From contig CM120640.1 in the NCBI GenBank assembly GCA_051362555.1, positions 42,200,788 to 42,264,787 of the forward strand: DNA of 64,000 nucleotides, read 5' to 3'. Both the position numbers and the translations under genes were made by a program. Every line of letters starts with the position of its first letter. Within the stretch, counting starts at the first letter, position 1. Under the pieces are notes generated by a model that saw only the letters and a program-made list of their open reading frames with translations, had not been told where the DNA came from and did not search any database. Below, piece by piece: positions 39,546 through 53,000 of this stretch. The DNA comes from Lingula anatina. Its lineage: Eukaryota; Animalia; Brachiopoda.

Positions 39546-41303
39546 TATTATGACCGATGACCCACCCCCCTTTTTTTTGCAATTTTTTAACGTACTTGGA
39601 TATATCATGAAACAATAAATTTTTTTAAAAAAATTAAAAAAAAAAAAAAAAAAACAGCAGCGAGTGATCAACCGGTATTTAGGTTGAACAAGGTCAAAAC
39701 CTGATGTTGTCAGAAAATGAGCACTCTTCAATTTTCTAAACATAGATAAAGCATTTAATTGTTTGTGTTTGTCACTCCAAAATATCCATTTTGGCACTTG
39801 AAAATGTTTTAATATGAGAAAGACCTTTGTCACGTAGGTCGTTTCACTTGAAAACGATCCATTCATTATGCATTGCCAAACGGTTTACGGACGTGTACTA
39901 GATACGGGGACACTGCACTCCATTTTCCATAAATGTACTGTTTTTTTATTGCCGTATCAACCCCAAAAGCTAATCGACTCTAAGTTTACCAATTTTCACA
40001 CATTTTTTTTTCAAACTCCGTTTATAGTTGAGTTGTTAACTAACAAACCAACAAAGGCAAACAAGTTGCCATAAGCAATAAGTGGGTGACCAATCGAAAT
40101 AAAGTTGCAATTCATGCAATGTGTATATTTATACTTTTATAAACATATGTATAGTAATCATTTAAATGCACACCTATATGAAATATCAGCAATATAATAA
40201 TCTATAATCTCGGCGCGGATAATTTCAAAAGTGAAGTAATGTTTCAAAGACATATTGAATATTTTTAAATACTTCAGATAGATGGAATGAACAGGTGTCT
40301 CTGTGAGAGTGAGGATTTAGCCGAACATACAGAATAATACCAAGATCTAACTTGATAAAAACATCTTTTGAATTGAAGAACAATTGTCTTTATTAAAGTT
40401 CAAAAGCAAGAGCTGCTACAATTTTGAGTTATTAGAAAACTCAACACGTTTTACATAAATTTTTTCTATGCCCATGCAAACATAAGATATGATTCCCACT
40501 TATTAAAGTGTAGTGCTTGATTAATGGCTCTACAATTTGTGAGTAGATTTTTTTTACGAAATATGCAAATAAAGGGCCAGAAGAAAAGACATTTTGAAAA
40601 GAAGTTCCTAATTACTTGGTTTATCGACAAAAATACCTTGAAAAAATCAAAACACCGAGGTTAACTGCACGGGTCGTTGTTGATTCAGATTTTTTTGTGT
40701 TTTAAATGCCTGACTACAAAAAGTCTAATTTGAGTGTATATGATCCTTTTCCTAGTAAACTATAAGTGTAATAGGAAAATAAAAAATTGAAAAACATCAG
40801 GCAAATCAAAATCCTCTACGGCATCACGTTTCACAAACAAAGGCGATAAACACGGAAAAAGATTTCTATGATATTAACCCCGCATAACATACATGTACCA
40901 CTAATTAATAATTAACTAATATTCCTTCAATTATAGCTAAATGTTCGATATACAACCAAATTCCATAAATATAAAACCCTTTGTTAAACAGCCCCTCTCA
41001 TATATTAGCACACCTATACGCCATTATAATTATTATAAATTTAATTTATCTATTTATATATGAAGTGCACGCGATGTTCAATTTGGGCAGATCCTTGCAA
41101 AAAGAAAACATTAGAGAGTTTGGAAAACATTGAAAACAGGAAGTTCAATCAAAGAAGTGAGGCCTATATACTAAATTAAATGAAAATCTATCACTCTATT
41201 CAGTTTGTCCGTTTGGCTTGTTGACCAAAACTATACGTTCCGAATCTTTAGCAAAGCAGCACTCTGCAAATGACTTCATTCAATTTTTCTTCTCCATATC
41301 TCA

Positions 41304-44300
41304 TCAGTTAATCAGGGTGCAACTACTCTGAAAAAATAAATACGAAAATTCAAAAGTATTCAGAGTGTAGTTAGATGCCCCATATTCCAAATATCTCATC
41401 TCATTTCGGTGGGTGAGGAGTTGGGGAGGAATGAGGAAGGTTATGTGGGTGGTATAAAAGGATACTAAATGATGCTTACTAGATACTGATAAAACCAGAT
41501 ATAAAGCTTTTGAGCGGTTTACCGGTATGATAATCTGTTATCTTTAAGGGAAAAGTTAATTCCTCAAACACAGACAATTATCTACCAGTTAACAACAACA
41601 GCTGTAACAAATAAAAATGACACAAACACAGACACACACAAAAAAATGAAAATGAGAAAAAAAAAGAAAACACGGGTAAATTAAATTGTAGTTGACAAAA
41701 AATAATATACTGGGTTATCAATGCAATAAACTATTATCTACAAAATAAATGTTTGGCGCCCTTGAATTATTTACAAAAATATGACTGCACCTGTAAATTG
41801 AGAAAACAGTGGGAAATGGAACATTTGTGCATCTTGTTTTTTTCAATTGAAACTCAGCCATTAGCACTGATAGAGATGTAAAGAGGGATGGTGTGTCCAA
41901 TATCAATTTTTATATTCAGATTCATCTTAATAGATGCTATAAAATAGTAAGCATCAATGTTTTTCTTTTAAATATACTTATCCCTTTAATACCACATTTG
42001 TTTTTAAATGTAAATGATGGAGGTAAAGAACTTACCGAGTAAAGATCGGTGGTTAAAGTGCAATAGCATATGTTGTTACCACAGCAACCTCTGTAGGTCT
42101 GTGCAGTGGACCAAAAGCCAGTAGAATATTTATTGCTACACAAAGCTGTGCAGGGATTCACTCTGACATAGTACTCTGCCACCGTGCCTGAACTGACTTT
42201 AATCAGGGTAGCATCCGACGAACAGATATCGGGCGCCACTGAAAAAAAAGATGGATCATTCTGTATTCCTTAGTCTTTTATCTCATATACTGTATAAGTG
42301 ACATGCATTAAAAGCTCCATATTTGTAATTTCAAAATAAAAAAGAACACGGATTTCCAACTAAAATACTTAAATCTATCATGAAATACGTTTCCACTGTG
42401 TTTCCAAGTTTTATATGTAATTAAAAAGATTATGCCTATCTGAAGAAAAGGAAAACACAAGTTGGAGTAATAAACAGTGCGTTATAAAGTAAAAATACCT
42501 CATGGTAAAGTAAACGGTACGCTGAGCATCATCAGCATCGCCGCATTATAACAAATGGATCTTATCTTATTGCTCTAAGAGTTAATGCCAATGACAAGCT
42601 CGTGGGGTTTAAAAGCCAAAGGTAAGATTACCAGTAAATTTTATGGCATAATCATCAAACATGCATTCAAGACAAAAAAGACCAGGGGATTCCAACTAAA
42701 TTTTGTTTTTAAGGTCATTTGAAAGAATAACATACCGCATTACACATTTGCCTGTGGTTTTGAAGTGCTTTAATTACCGTAGTCATTACTGTAAATTTTT
42801 ATTATCATGCACAAAGTGTTGTGTATCGTTGACTAATGCATGCAATATAACACTTTCAAGTATTTTGATTCTCTCAAAATTCTTTGAAAGAGTTAAAACT
42901 CACATGTAGTGGGGGCAGTGGTGGTAGACTCTGCGGTTGTTGACTCAGTGGTGGTAGGTTGAGTGGTTGTTGACTCAGTGGTGGTAGGTTGAGTGGTTGT
43001 TGACTCAGTGGTGGTAGGTTGAGTGGTTGTTGACTCAGTGGTGGTAGGTTGAGTGGTTGTTGACTCAGTGGTGGTAGACTCGGTGGTCGTTGATTCAGTG
43101 GTGGTCGGATCGGTGGTAGTTGACTTGGTGGTGGTCGAATCGGTGGTAGTTGATTCAGTGGTGGTCGAATCGGTGGTCGTTGATTCAGTGGTGGTCGGAT
43201 CGGTGGTAGTTGACTTGGTGGTGGTCGAATCGGTGGTAGTTGACTCAGTTGTGGTCGAATCGGTGGTAGTTGATTCAGTGGTGGTCGAATCGGTGGTCGT
43301 TGACACAGTGGTAGTGTCGGTGGTTGTTGATTCGGTGGTGGTCGAATCGGTGGTAGTTGACTCAGAGGTGGTAGAATCGGTGGTCGTTGACTCAGTGGTA
43401 GTGTCGGTGGTAGTTGACTCAGTGGTGGTAGAATCGGTGGTAGATGACTCAGTGGTAGTGTCGGTGGTAGTTGACTCAGTGGTGGTCGAATCGGTGGTAG
43501 TGGACTCAGTGGTAGTGTCGGTGGTCGTTGACTCAGTGGTGGTAGAGTCAGTGGTAGTTGACTCAGTGGTGGTAGAATCGGTGGTCGTTAACTCAGTGGA
43601 TGTGTCGGTGGTTGTTGATTCGGTAGTGGTAGACACTGTAAACAAAGAAGACCAGATATGATTTTTAGTCTGAACTTTGTCGGAACCTGTACAAGTAATA
43701 GCAATTAGTTAAAGGGAAAAATATCATCTTAACGTTACAGTTGCTATACATATTCGTATTATTAGTTTAGATTTTAAAACACTCACCAGTCGTTGTTTCT
43801 GTGCATGTTCCACACTGAAAGAATTAAGCAACACAATATTGAAACAAATTCTGTATATCGCCGCGATAATAATCATAATGTCTCCAATTAAATTGTTAAA
43901 TGATTGAATAAGCAAGTTTTACGTCAAGTTATGCAAGGTTGTTAAATATCCACTTTTTATGAATGTACATGTATGATTACGATTTTTTTCAAAACCATTT
44001 AACTGAATGTCCATAAACCATACTTAAAATTTCATTTTGCCGACGCGTCTGTGTAAAGTGTTTAAAAAGGAATGGCGTTGGTCTTCAGCAAAAAGTTATA
44101 TCGCTTATTCTGTATAAATGAGTAAATGAATCAATATTTAAATCTTTATCACTCCTAGAAATGAGGTTGCTATTTTCCCTGCTTGGTTAAGTATTTCCGA
44201 TCTAAGAGGTCCAGGATAATAAAGGACTATTTCCACAAACATTTCTTTCATTTACGGATTTTCTCTATTTATCTTACGCTACCCTCTTATTACATTATAT

Positions 44301-45289
44301 TTATCATGATGTTTTATTTATATTGATCATTGTCTTTTTTTATTCAACATTCATTGAAATAAACAACGTTTAACTTACCGGGGGAGAACTTAAAGCGTAA
44401 TAGCAGATGCACCTGCTGGCACACGCACCAGTCCCACAGCACCCGATAAGTATCGGTAGAGGATAGCTAGTTATACATGCTGCTATGCAGGCGTCTAATG
44501 TACCTGTGGCAGTGTAGATGGTAGTCGAGTCATAAAGATACACCTCTGAACAAGCTAGTAAGATTAAAAAATAAGAAAAAAAAAACACTTAATAAAATAG
44601 CATTATTTGTATTCCATTAAAAACAAATCTGAGCGAAAGAAAAACATCTTAAAACAAACCATTTAGTTATTACAATTTTGCTGAAGAAAAAAATAATAAC
44701 AATTAAAATACATTTTTCTCGGTATGACGACTTGTACTGAATACACTTTCCATAAAATATATCTGGACAAGAGTACTTAGTGTTACATTTGCTTCAAATG
44801 GTTAACAAAAATTACCAAACTTTTATATAAAATTCCTCTATTAAGAAATATATGGGATTCGCGTGGTGTTTTGACGTATATCTGATATGGTGAGAGAGTG
44901 AAAAGTTGCGTTATTACCTGCCTGTCCTTGTACAGTGGTAGGTGGAACTGAAAGAAAAAGTGAATTAACATGAATATTCTTTAAGATGCTATACAATAAA
45001 GTAATAAATACAGGTAAATCAGTGGAAACCCCACATGATCAGAATCGAGTAAAAACATGTAGGTTAGAAAAGAATAGTTTAACGACTGTTTGTTCGATTA
45101 TATCTAATCTCTCACATCATTTTTCACTTAGTACAAAAATACAAAAAATACTAAACATAGCTATTGTCAATTTGTTGCTGTCTATTCCAAGCACTCACCC
45201 AACGTTACAGAAATGTACAAAGTAAAGAGAAGATGCCCGACCGCTTTCACTGACAAACCCATCCTCAGCTGTGGTTCTGTTGCAGACAT
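41304..45289 (-). CDS. Gene B: paralog of gene A with a longer mucin stalk, about 418-427 aa
   Basis: Exons 45289 (or ATG 45262)-45199 (MGLSVKAVGHLLFTLYISVTL), 44947-44918, 44554-44379 (CSEVYLY...ACIAAC...GCCGTGACASRCICY), 43814-43787 (CGTC), 43635-42904 (244 codons of T/S/E/D repeats), 42238-42036 (NPCTALC...YRGCCGNNICYC), 41327-41304 (SSCTLIN*). All GT-AG and in frame. Confidence 0.87.
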
Positions 45290-45331
45290 TACTGACTCTC
45301 TACAGAATGTGCATGTAAAAAAAAGCGGTCG

Positions 45332-45397
45332 TTTATATAGCCTGTCACCATGCAGAATCTAATTTGCAGTCCACGCCCACTTTGTTGCTTACAAACG
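45332..45397 (-). promoter_or_regulatory. Gene B core promoter: TATA box plus GC/KLF-like box
   Basis: TATATAAA at 45339-45332; CACGCCCACTTTGTTGCTTACAAACG at 45372-45397 matches the gene A motif at similar spacing. Confidence 0.65.
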
Positions 45398-45589
45398 AAG
45401 CACGCGGTGTAACAAATGATACTATATCTTCCCGTTACTTATGTGCTGTGTGCTGTCTGTCACTGATAACTGTATAATAAATACTTCTCCCCCATGATAA
45501 GATAAGATAAAATAGACATTGAATCAATTTCAATTCCAAGGACAGTAAGCTACCACTGGATGTTAAATTCACGTAACTATAAACGTTGG

Positions 45590-45590
<1 letters not shown>

Positions 45591-45641
<51 letters not shown>
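45591..45641. repeat. (TA)n microsatellite
   Basis: Direct reading. Confidence 0.95.
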
Positions 45642-45644
<3 letters not shown>

Positions 45645-45659
45645 CACTTTTGTATTCAC

Positions 45660-45955
45660 AGTTTATTGTGTTGCTTCGTATCCCGATTGTTTGATTGTCA
45701 AGTTTGAGGAAGATACCACCTGCGCTGGCCTTATTAGCACTTCTGAGTCAGATTATCGAAATCAAGTTTCCGCCCTTGTTTCATGGTGCTCTGAAAACGA
45801 CCCCGAGCTCATCGTCAAAAAGACGAAAAAATTATCGTAGTTTTTAGGAAAAATCCAACAGAAATCAGTTATCTTATGCTAAATGGTTCCGAGTTTGAAA
45901 AAGTTAGACATTTTGAATTTCTTGGCATACATATCTCTGATGATCTAAAATGACA
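45660..45955 (+). mobile_element. Degenerate LINE RT fragment, Rex1/Babar-like
   Basis: IVKFEEDTTCAGLI...YRNQVSALVSWCSEND.ELIVKKTKK resembles the KFADDTT...WC..N.L.LN..KTKE region of that clade; later FEFLGI.IS.DLK. Confidence 0.7.
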
Positions 45956-47746
45956 TATTATTTCATTTGACTATTCAAAAAAAATCACAATGAAGTCATA
46001 AAAAAGGTGAAAAATATATGGGTACATTTACATCGACCTTCCATATTTTATTTATTACTGATCCTCTCTCTATCATTATTTTTAATATTGTGATGGCTAA
46101 AGAGATTTGCTCTGCACGTGTAATTCATGCTTATGAGTGACACACCCAAGGACAACACTCGGAAAAGGTGTGCAGTGGCAAAATGGCTGGAATATCCAGT
46201 ATATGACGCAAAATGTGATTGGTCGATGTATTGGGAAGTAAGTGTCAGTACATATAGTATCATTTTATGACGCGTTTAAGGATAGATACTTTAATAGACA
46301 CTATCTAAAATGCATGGTTATCTTAGTTGTGGACCTGAATTGACAATCATTACTATTAAGTTTGAGAAAAAAATCCAGCCTCTCCTTCCTCTAACCCACA
46401 CTAACAATGGCAAATAGCCCACGCCCCACTATGAATATGATATCTTCTCTTAACAAAAAAAAATTGTTGCATTATTTTATGACTATTGCCAGTATTTATA
46501 CCTTGGCTGGGTAGTTTATCATAAAACGAATTTCTTTTTTTGCATTTAACGAAAATATCTTTTCAGCAATTATTTGTATTTTACAGCATCGAATTGACAT
46601 ATGCAGCAATATTGGACGTTTTTAAACTTAAAAACCTGCCTCTGTATGATAAGTCTACCAGTAAAATACACGCGGAACAGAAAGGTACAATTTAAAACTG
46701 AAAGCGGCGTCAATGTCCGTCATCCTTTGTCAATATGAGATGAGTATGCTGTGCTTGCCTATAGAACAGGTACAAACAAATTTAGGAAGGTGGTGACCTG
46801 TGGTTAGATCATAATACCACGCTGTTAATTATTCATGCCACGTACTGCTCAAATTCTATGTATATTGTCATGTTCCAGAACTGTGTGTAAAAACATACAG
46901 TATATCTTCCCAATTTTGTAAAAGAGACACGAGAAAATAAAGCATAGCAGACAAACGAATGATACTCGGCGTTTGAAATGAATTTTTTTACAAGTAATAA
47001 TTTAGAGAATCAAGTCTAAAAGAGGTCTCTTATACACAGCTAGAGATGTTATGTGACTGGGGCGACATATGATTATTCCATAATAAATTATGTCCGACGG
47101 AAATATATGTCTTAGCTGCGTATAAATACACGTGTACAGCTGGGAATCTAGGTCCGGGTGGGACAGCACATCCAAGGGGATGCATGTCCATTGGACAGAT
47201 TTTCCTTGTGAACATGTATTACATTGCACGGGGCATACCCTCACATTTTATGCCTACAAAATTTAATATTCACTTTTGCTCATTAATGAATTCCTCTGCA
47301 CATATTTATCATCAAAAGATCAAGACATATCGTTTCTTGAAAAATAGGAAACTCTCCCCTGCCATTCCTCAATCATATTTATACGTCAATTAATGTACTA
47401 CAGTGAACAAGTTGGGATGGGTGGCGGTTAGCGCCCTTTACCTGTGTTCAAATCTGACCTGAACAGAATCGTTACATTTTGTCTATGGTGGCACTGGAAT
47501 GGTTGACAAACTCCCAAAACACAATTTTAACTTACTTGCACAGCTAACACAATTTCCCGCCATCGCTACTCAATGCGGTATAGTATTGCATCTCAACATT
47601 AGGGGATTCGCCAATGCATGGATATTCTTTATAAATATTGGTAGAGTATTCACAGAAAGATTTTTGAAAAAAATCAACAGTTTGGAAGAGAAGAAACTTA
47701 ACCCACGGGCAGATATAGGACGCTATAGAGGTGGCTAAAAGTTGGC

Positions 47747-47748
<2 letters not shown>

Positions 47749-47800
<52 letters not shown>
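47749..47800. repeat. (AT)26 microsatellite at the position of the gene C TATA box
   Basis: Followed by AAAC and sequence homologous to gene B just downstream of its TATA box. Confidence 0.9.
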
Positions 47801-47804
<4 letters not shown>

Positions 47805-48769
47805 AAGCGGGTTTTTTACATGTTCATTCTGGAGAGAGTCAGTAATGTCTACAACAGAAGCACAGCTGAAGATGTGTTAGTCAGTGAAAGTGTTCGTGCA
47901 TCTTCTCTTCACTTTGTACATTTCTGTATCGTTGGGTGAGTGCTTGGAATACATGTAGGTTGTAACAAATTGCTGTTTACTCTGTATATTTTTGCCACTT
48001 ACCGCTTAGATTTGTTATAAGATATCATTATTACACTAAGTGTAAAAATTATATAAGAGAATACATCTCATCGAACAAACAATCGTTTATCTGTTCTTTT
48101 GTAGCCTATATATTTTTATTCAATTTTGATCATGTGGGATTTCCACTGATTTACATGTATTTACTACTTTATTGTATAACATCTAATGACCCAATTTGTA
48201 CAAAAACATCTATAAAATATTAATGTTAATTCACTTTTTTCCTTTAGTTCCACCAACAACTGTACAAGGACAGACAGGTAATAACACAACTTTTTACTCT
48301 CTCACCATATCAAAAATGTATCAAAACACCACAATTCCCATATATTTCAGAGAAGTGAATTTTATAACATAGTTTGTTCATTTTAGTTAAGTATTTGAAA
48401 CAAAAAGTAACACTATGCACTCTTGTACTGATATATATTCCTGGAAAGTCATCTTACCGAATGTTTGGAATACAATATGAGACATCTCTTGAGAAAAATA
48501 CATTTCGATTTTTTGGGGGATAACATTTAATGCTATTTTATTAATTTTATTTGACCAGCTTGCTCAGAGGTGTATATTGGTAACACCCGCACCGTCGACA
48601 CCACTACAGCCAGTGATTGTGTATCATAATGTCGTTAATTGTATGACCTGTTTATGTTATGTAATAAAGACGCTTGACGACACCACGCCATCTTGGAGTC
48701 ACGTTGTTACATGGTACCAGAAGTAAATCCGAGCAATCGATAGTAATCGGGACAATTTATCTTTTGAAA

Positions 48770-50028
48770 ATGGAGCGTATCAATCCTCCTTCGCCCCTGC
48801 AGTTGCAGAGCGGGAATATTTCTGTGGCTTGGCGGAAGTTCATAGAACAATTCAACTGGTATTTAGAGGCCATTGACGCCAGCGAAGCTACAGACGCGCG
48901 AAAAATCGGATTGCTATTAACAGTGGCTGGGGGTGAGGCCCAAGACCTTTACCGCACTTTCACTTATGACGAAGAGGGAGACGAAAAGATCTTTGAGAAG
49001 GTAGTGGAAAATTTTAAGAGGTTTTGCGAACCGAAGAAGAATGAAATATATGAACGATACTGTTTCAGAACACGTGATCAGCAAGTCGGTGAAACTTTTG
49101 AGCACTACGTATCGGATCTCAAAAACAAAGCAGATACGTGTAACTTTGGCATTTTAAAAGAAGAAATGATCAGAGACCAGATCGTTGTCGGCATCAGAGA
49201 CCTCAGACTGAAAGAAAAACTTCTCCGAACGGAAGATCTAACCCTCCAGAAAGCCGTACAGACGTGCATGGCCGCGGAAACCTGCCAGGAGCAAATGAAA
49301 ACCTTCGGGTCCTCTACAGAGGCGGTGGTCAATGCGGTGCGTAGTAAGAAGGTCAGTCATGGTTATAAAAGAAGTAAACCATTAGAAGCCACTGGTAAAA
49401 GTCGTCAAAGCCGTGAAATCCCATGTAGCAGTGACAAGCCTCGTAACAGTAAATCTTCTACTAGAGAGTGTTGCAGATGTGGTGGGGACCACAATAAATA
49501 CAAGTGCCCGGCATGGGGCAAGATGTGTAGAAAATGCAAAGGATGGAACCATTTTGCAAATAAATGTAGAACAGACAGTAAAGTACATACTCTGAATGCT
49601 GTATCTGATGAAGAAGATGAAGAAGAACTATTTGTTTCCACAGTCAGAACTGACCGATCAAAGTGTGAGTGGATAGCTCCAGTGAGTGTGAATGGCACAG
49701 TTATACCCTTGAAAATAGACAGTGGCTCTCAAGTGAACATTCTGAGTATCGATGAGTACAATTTGTTAAGACAGAAACCAAGACTGTACAGTACTAACAC
49801 TAAACTGAGTGCTTATAACAATACTAGCATTGCTACAAAGGGTATATGTTATGTAAATCTGACTCTAAAGTCAGGAAAGAAAATAAATAATGTAAAATTT
49901 TATGTAGCAAACCAAGACTGTGTATCAATACTAGGAGCAGGAGATAGTGAAAAATGTGGTTTAGTAATAAGAACTAGAGATGTCAGAAAAGTATATGGCA
50001 TTACAGAGGGTGGTTTAACAAAGGAATA
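48770..50028 (+). CDS. gag: Gag-protease part of Gypsy element 2, cut by the nested insertion
   Basis: MERINPPSPL..., double zinc knuckle CRCGGDH...CPAWGKMCRKCKGWNHFANKC, protease IDSGSQVNIL. Confidence 0.9.
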
Positions 50029-53000
50029 CCGTATAGCTAAAAAAAACACGACTATTGGTACGCGTATGATCGATAACTGATTTAATTCTCGTAAGATTAC
50101 CATCCGCCCCCTTCCTTATGAATAGGTATTACTTTATTAATACAATGCAACCGTCGTGTAGCCGCATGTTAGAAGACAATGTTTGATTACGCACAGCAGT
50201 AGGAGGCCGCTACCCCTTCCCAGCAAGGAGTCAACACAGCAGCGCGTAACCCGGGGTTAATTAGGGGTTAATTATTAGCTGTCCACTTATGATCGGTATT
50301 GTTCGTCTTGATTGCAGCACACTTCCTACTCACTATTGGTTCGACCGCCTCTTCTTTAAATGCTCTCTCAAACCTTTCCTCAGTCAGCCGAGAATGGAAA
50401 CACGTTTATCTGCCGATAAACTACGTCGTTGATGTATTATTCGGCATCATTCTACAGTGGGTCATATGGCTCTATCTATCATTTTTTTCGTCTCGCATTT
50501 TACCAGATTAAGCTGACGCTCGAAAACTAAATTTAATGAATAATTTCTCACGTGCACCGTATCCAGCTAATTTTACGACAATAACTACCACGGCACCTCC
50601 GCCATTTGCAATTGTAGACGAACCACGTGTTTCCAACTGATAGGCCAATACAACTATACCAGACCCATTGTACGAGAAAAGACCGTTTATATTTAATGAA
50701 TTAAAAAACATTTGAGGATTGCGATTTTCTGTTGATATACTATCGATGGTATCCCTGTATTAAATCCACTGCTACCCCCTCTTTTGTAGTGTAGCATGAC
50801 TCGTATCACAAGATGGCCTTAGAAATGAAGTAAGACAGGCCTACACTCTGATAGTTTTTAGTCTATTATTAACCCTAATGTCGTTGCTTGTCATTCATTC
50901 TAGAACTCTCTGAGCCATCGCAAAATTATTTGCCAGGACATTTAAAGGCTACTTCTTAACGGATTTTTTTTTATTTGCACTAAGTCCAAAATGTTCGAGG
51001 ACGTCTCTGTCGTCATCGCCGTTTCTCGGACGCAGTCCCAGACAAAGGATCGGAAAGTTTCTAAATAAAAGAACTTATAAATGCTGCCACTAGCCATCCT
51101 TATTGTCCCTAAGTAAAGAGAGGCGATAATGATCTTTTCTTTCTTCTAGCTTAGTCTGTCGACTAAAATGAACAAGGTTAGGCCTACAATGCAACCACCT
51201 ATTATTACGACCATTAATGAGGTTCTTTGCTACACTCCCTTTCTTCATGATCGCGAAACCAGTGGGTGCTGTGTTTTAAATATATAAAAAAGGGTCTCGC
51301 GAGGTGAAGCTATAATAATGAAATAAAAAAATCCAATGAATAGGCCTATCTAATAAACCATGAAGCACGTAGTCTAGGCCTCTTCTTTGACCGACATCAC
51401 ATTTTTACATACTTTGTTTTAATAAGAGGACGAACGTGGTCTAATTTGTCTTTTGGTGGTGTGTGATTTTGCTCGAAGTAGCGGAGTCAAGTAAATCGGT
51501 GATTTACCGTTGGTAAGAGTAGCGATCATCGCTCCTGCGTCCTCATAGATTACTTTCTAATCACCCGTAATTAACGCAGTCAGGAATAAGCGCTCAAATA
51601 GGGGTTTTTGTATCAGGGAAAATTTTAGTATTAATCTTATGTTATTATGTATCTGTATTATGTAATCATGTAACTCATTTTCCAAAGGCAACCCCCAATT
51701 ATGACGACCATTAATGAAGTTCTCTGCTACACTCTCTCCTCATGATCACTTGCTCGATCGTGAAACCCTGGAGGTGTTGTATATATATTTGGGGTAGTTT
51801 AATATAGCATGCTACACTCTCCTCATGATCAGCTGCTCGATCGTGAAATCTGGAGTGAAACCCATGGTTTATCTAACAATGGTTTAAATAAATAAAAAGG
51901 GTGTCACGGAGGTGAAGCTGCTTAACTCATAAGAATAACGAACGAAAAAATACGATGAACATTTAATAAACCACGAAGCACGTATGTTTTGACCGTTATC
52001 GCCTTTTTTACATAAGATGTCTCAACAAGAAGGCAGATGTAGTCCAATTTGTCTTTTGTTGGTGATTCTTGATCTGCTTCAGGTGGCTGAGATTAGTTGA
52101 TCGGTGATGCACCGTTGGTAAGAGTAGCAATCATCACTCCTGCGTTCTAACGGATTACTTTCCAACCCCCCATAATTAACGCAGCCAGGAATAGGCTCTG
52201 AAATAGGGGGTATTAAATCAGGAATTAATTTTTGTAATTATGTATCCGTAAAATAAGAATCGTAACATTATCACGTATTTTTCCTGATGGAAAATATCAT
52301 AATTTATGCACACTGATCGAATTATAAAAAAATCTCCAGATGTAAAGAAAGGTCAGTCAAGTATCACTCATCCCAGGCTGCAGGGCAGATATAGAGAATT
52401 GAATGAAGCGCCAGTGATCTGGCAACCCTACAAATTTGTCATAATGATTCATGGGCAAACAATAGAAGCATGAAATTAACACCTTTTACAGTGTGAATGA
52501 CGACACCTTATGAGGCTTTTGTTTCTTCCCCTGGGTTGGTATTACAAAGTAAGTATGTTGACGTAAGTGTGTTGACTTTGGCATGTTCAAAGGAACAATG
52601 GAAATGTCATTTCAAAACAAAGAGCCATATTTCCCTACTTAGGTGGCCAAAATATTGTCAATGAAACGCAAAAAAAAACAAAATCACCAGCTGTTACTGA
52701 CTGAGTCTAACTCAAATGCAAAAAGGTACGCACAGCGACAAAGCGCTATTGTAAACAATGACCCGACGATGAGATCAATAAGATGTATAAAATGACTATA
52801 TGTACTATAAAACTGTACCCCTGCCCCTACTTGTATATTATTACACACACAAGGCCACCCTATACCAGAGTTACAGATTGATTTTTCATTACACAGTCTC
52901 TTGCACTGAAGAAAAATACTCATAATTAATTTGCGGCCCTAGTAGAGGGTCTTCTCTCGCTTTCTCTCAAATCAAAATAAACTAGCAAACATGAAAATTG

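Noticed and set aside
48674-48769. Longer N-terminus of the 468-aa ORF
   Set aside because: It begins at a TTG inside the LTR and crosses the PBS; ATG 48770 is the plausible gag start. The ORF tail after 50028 is insertion-derived.
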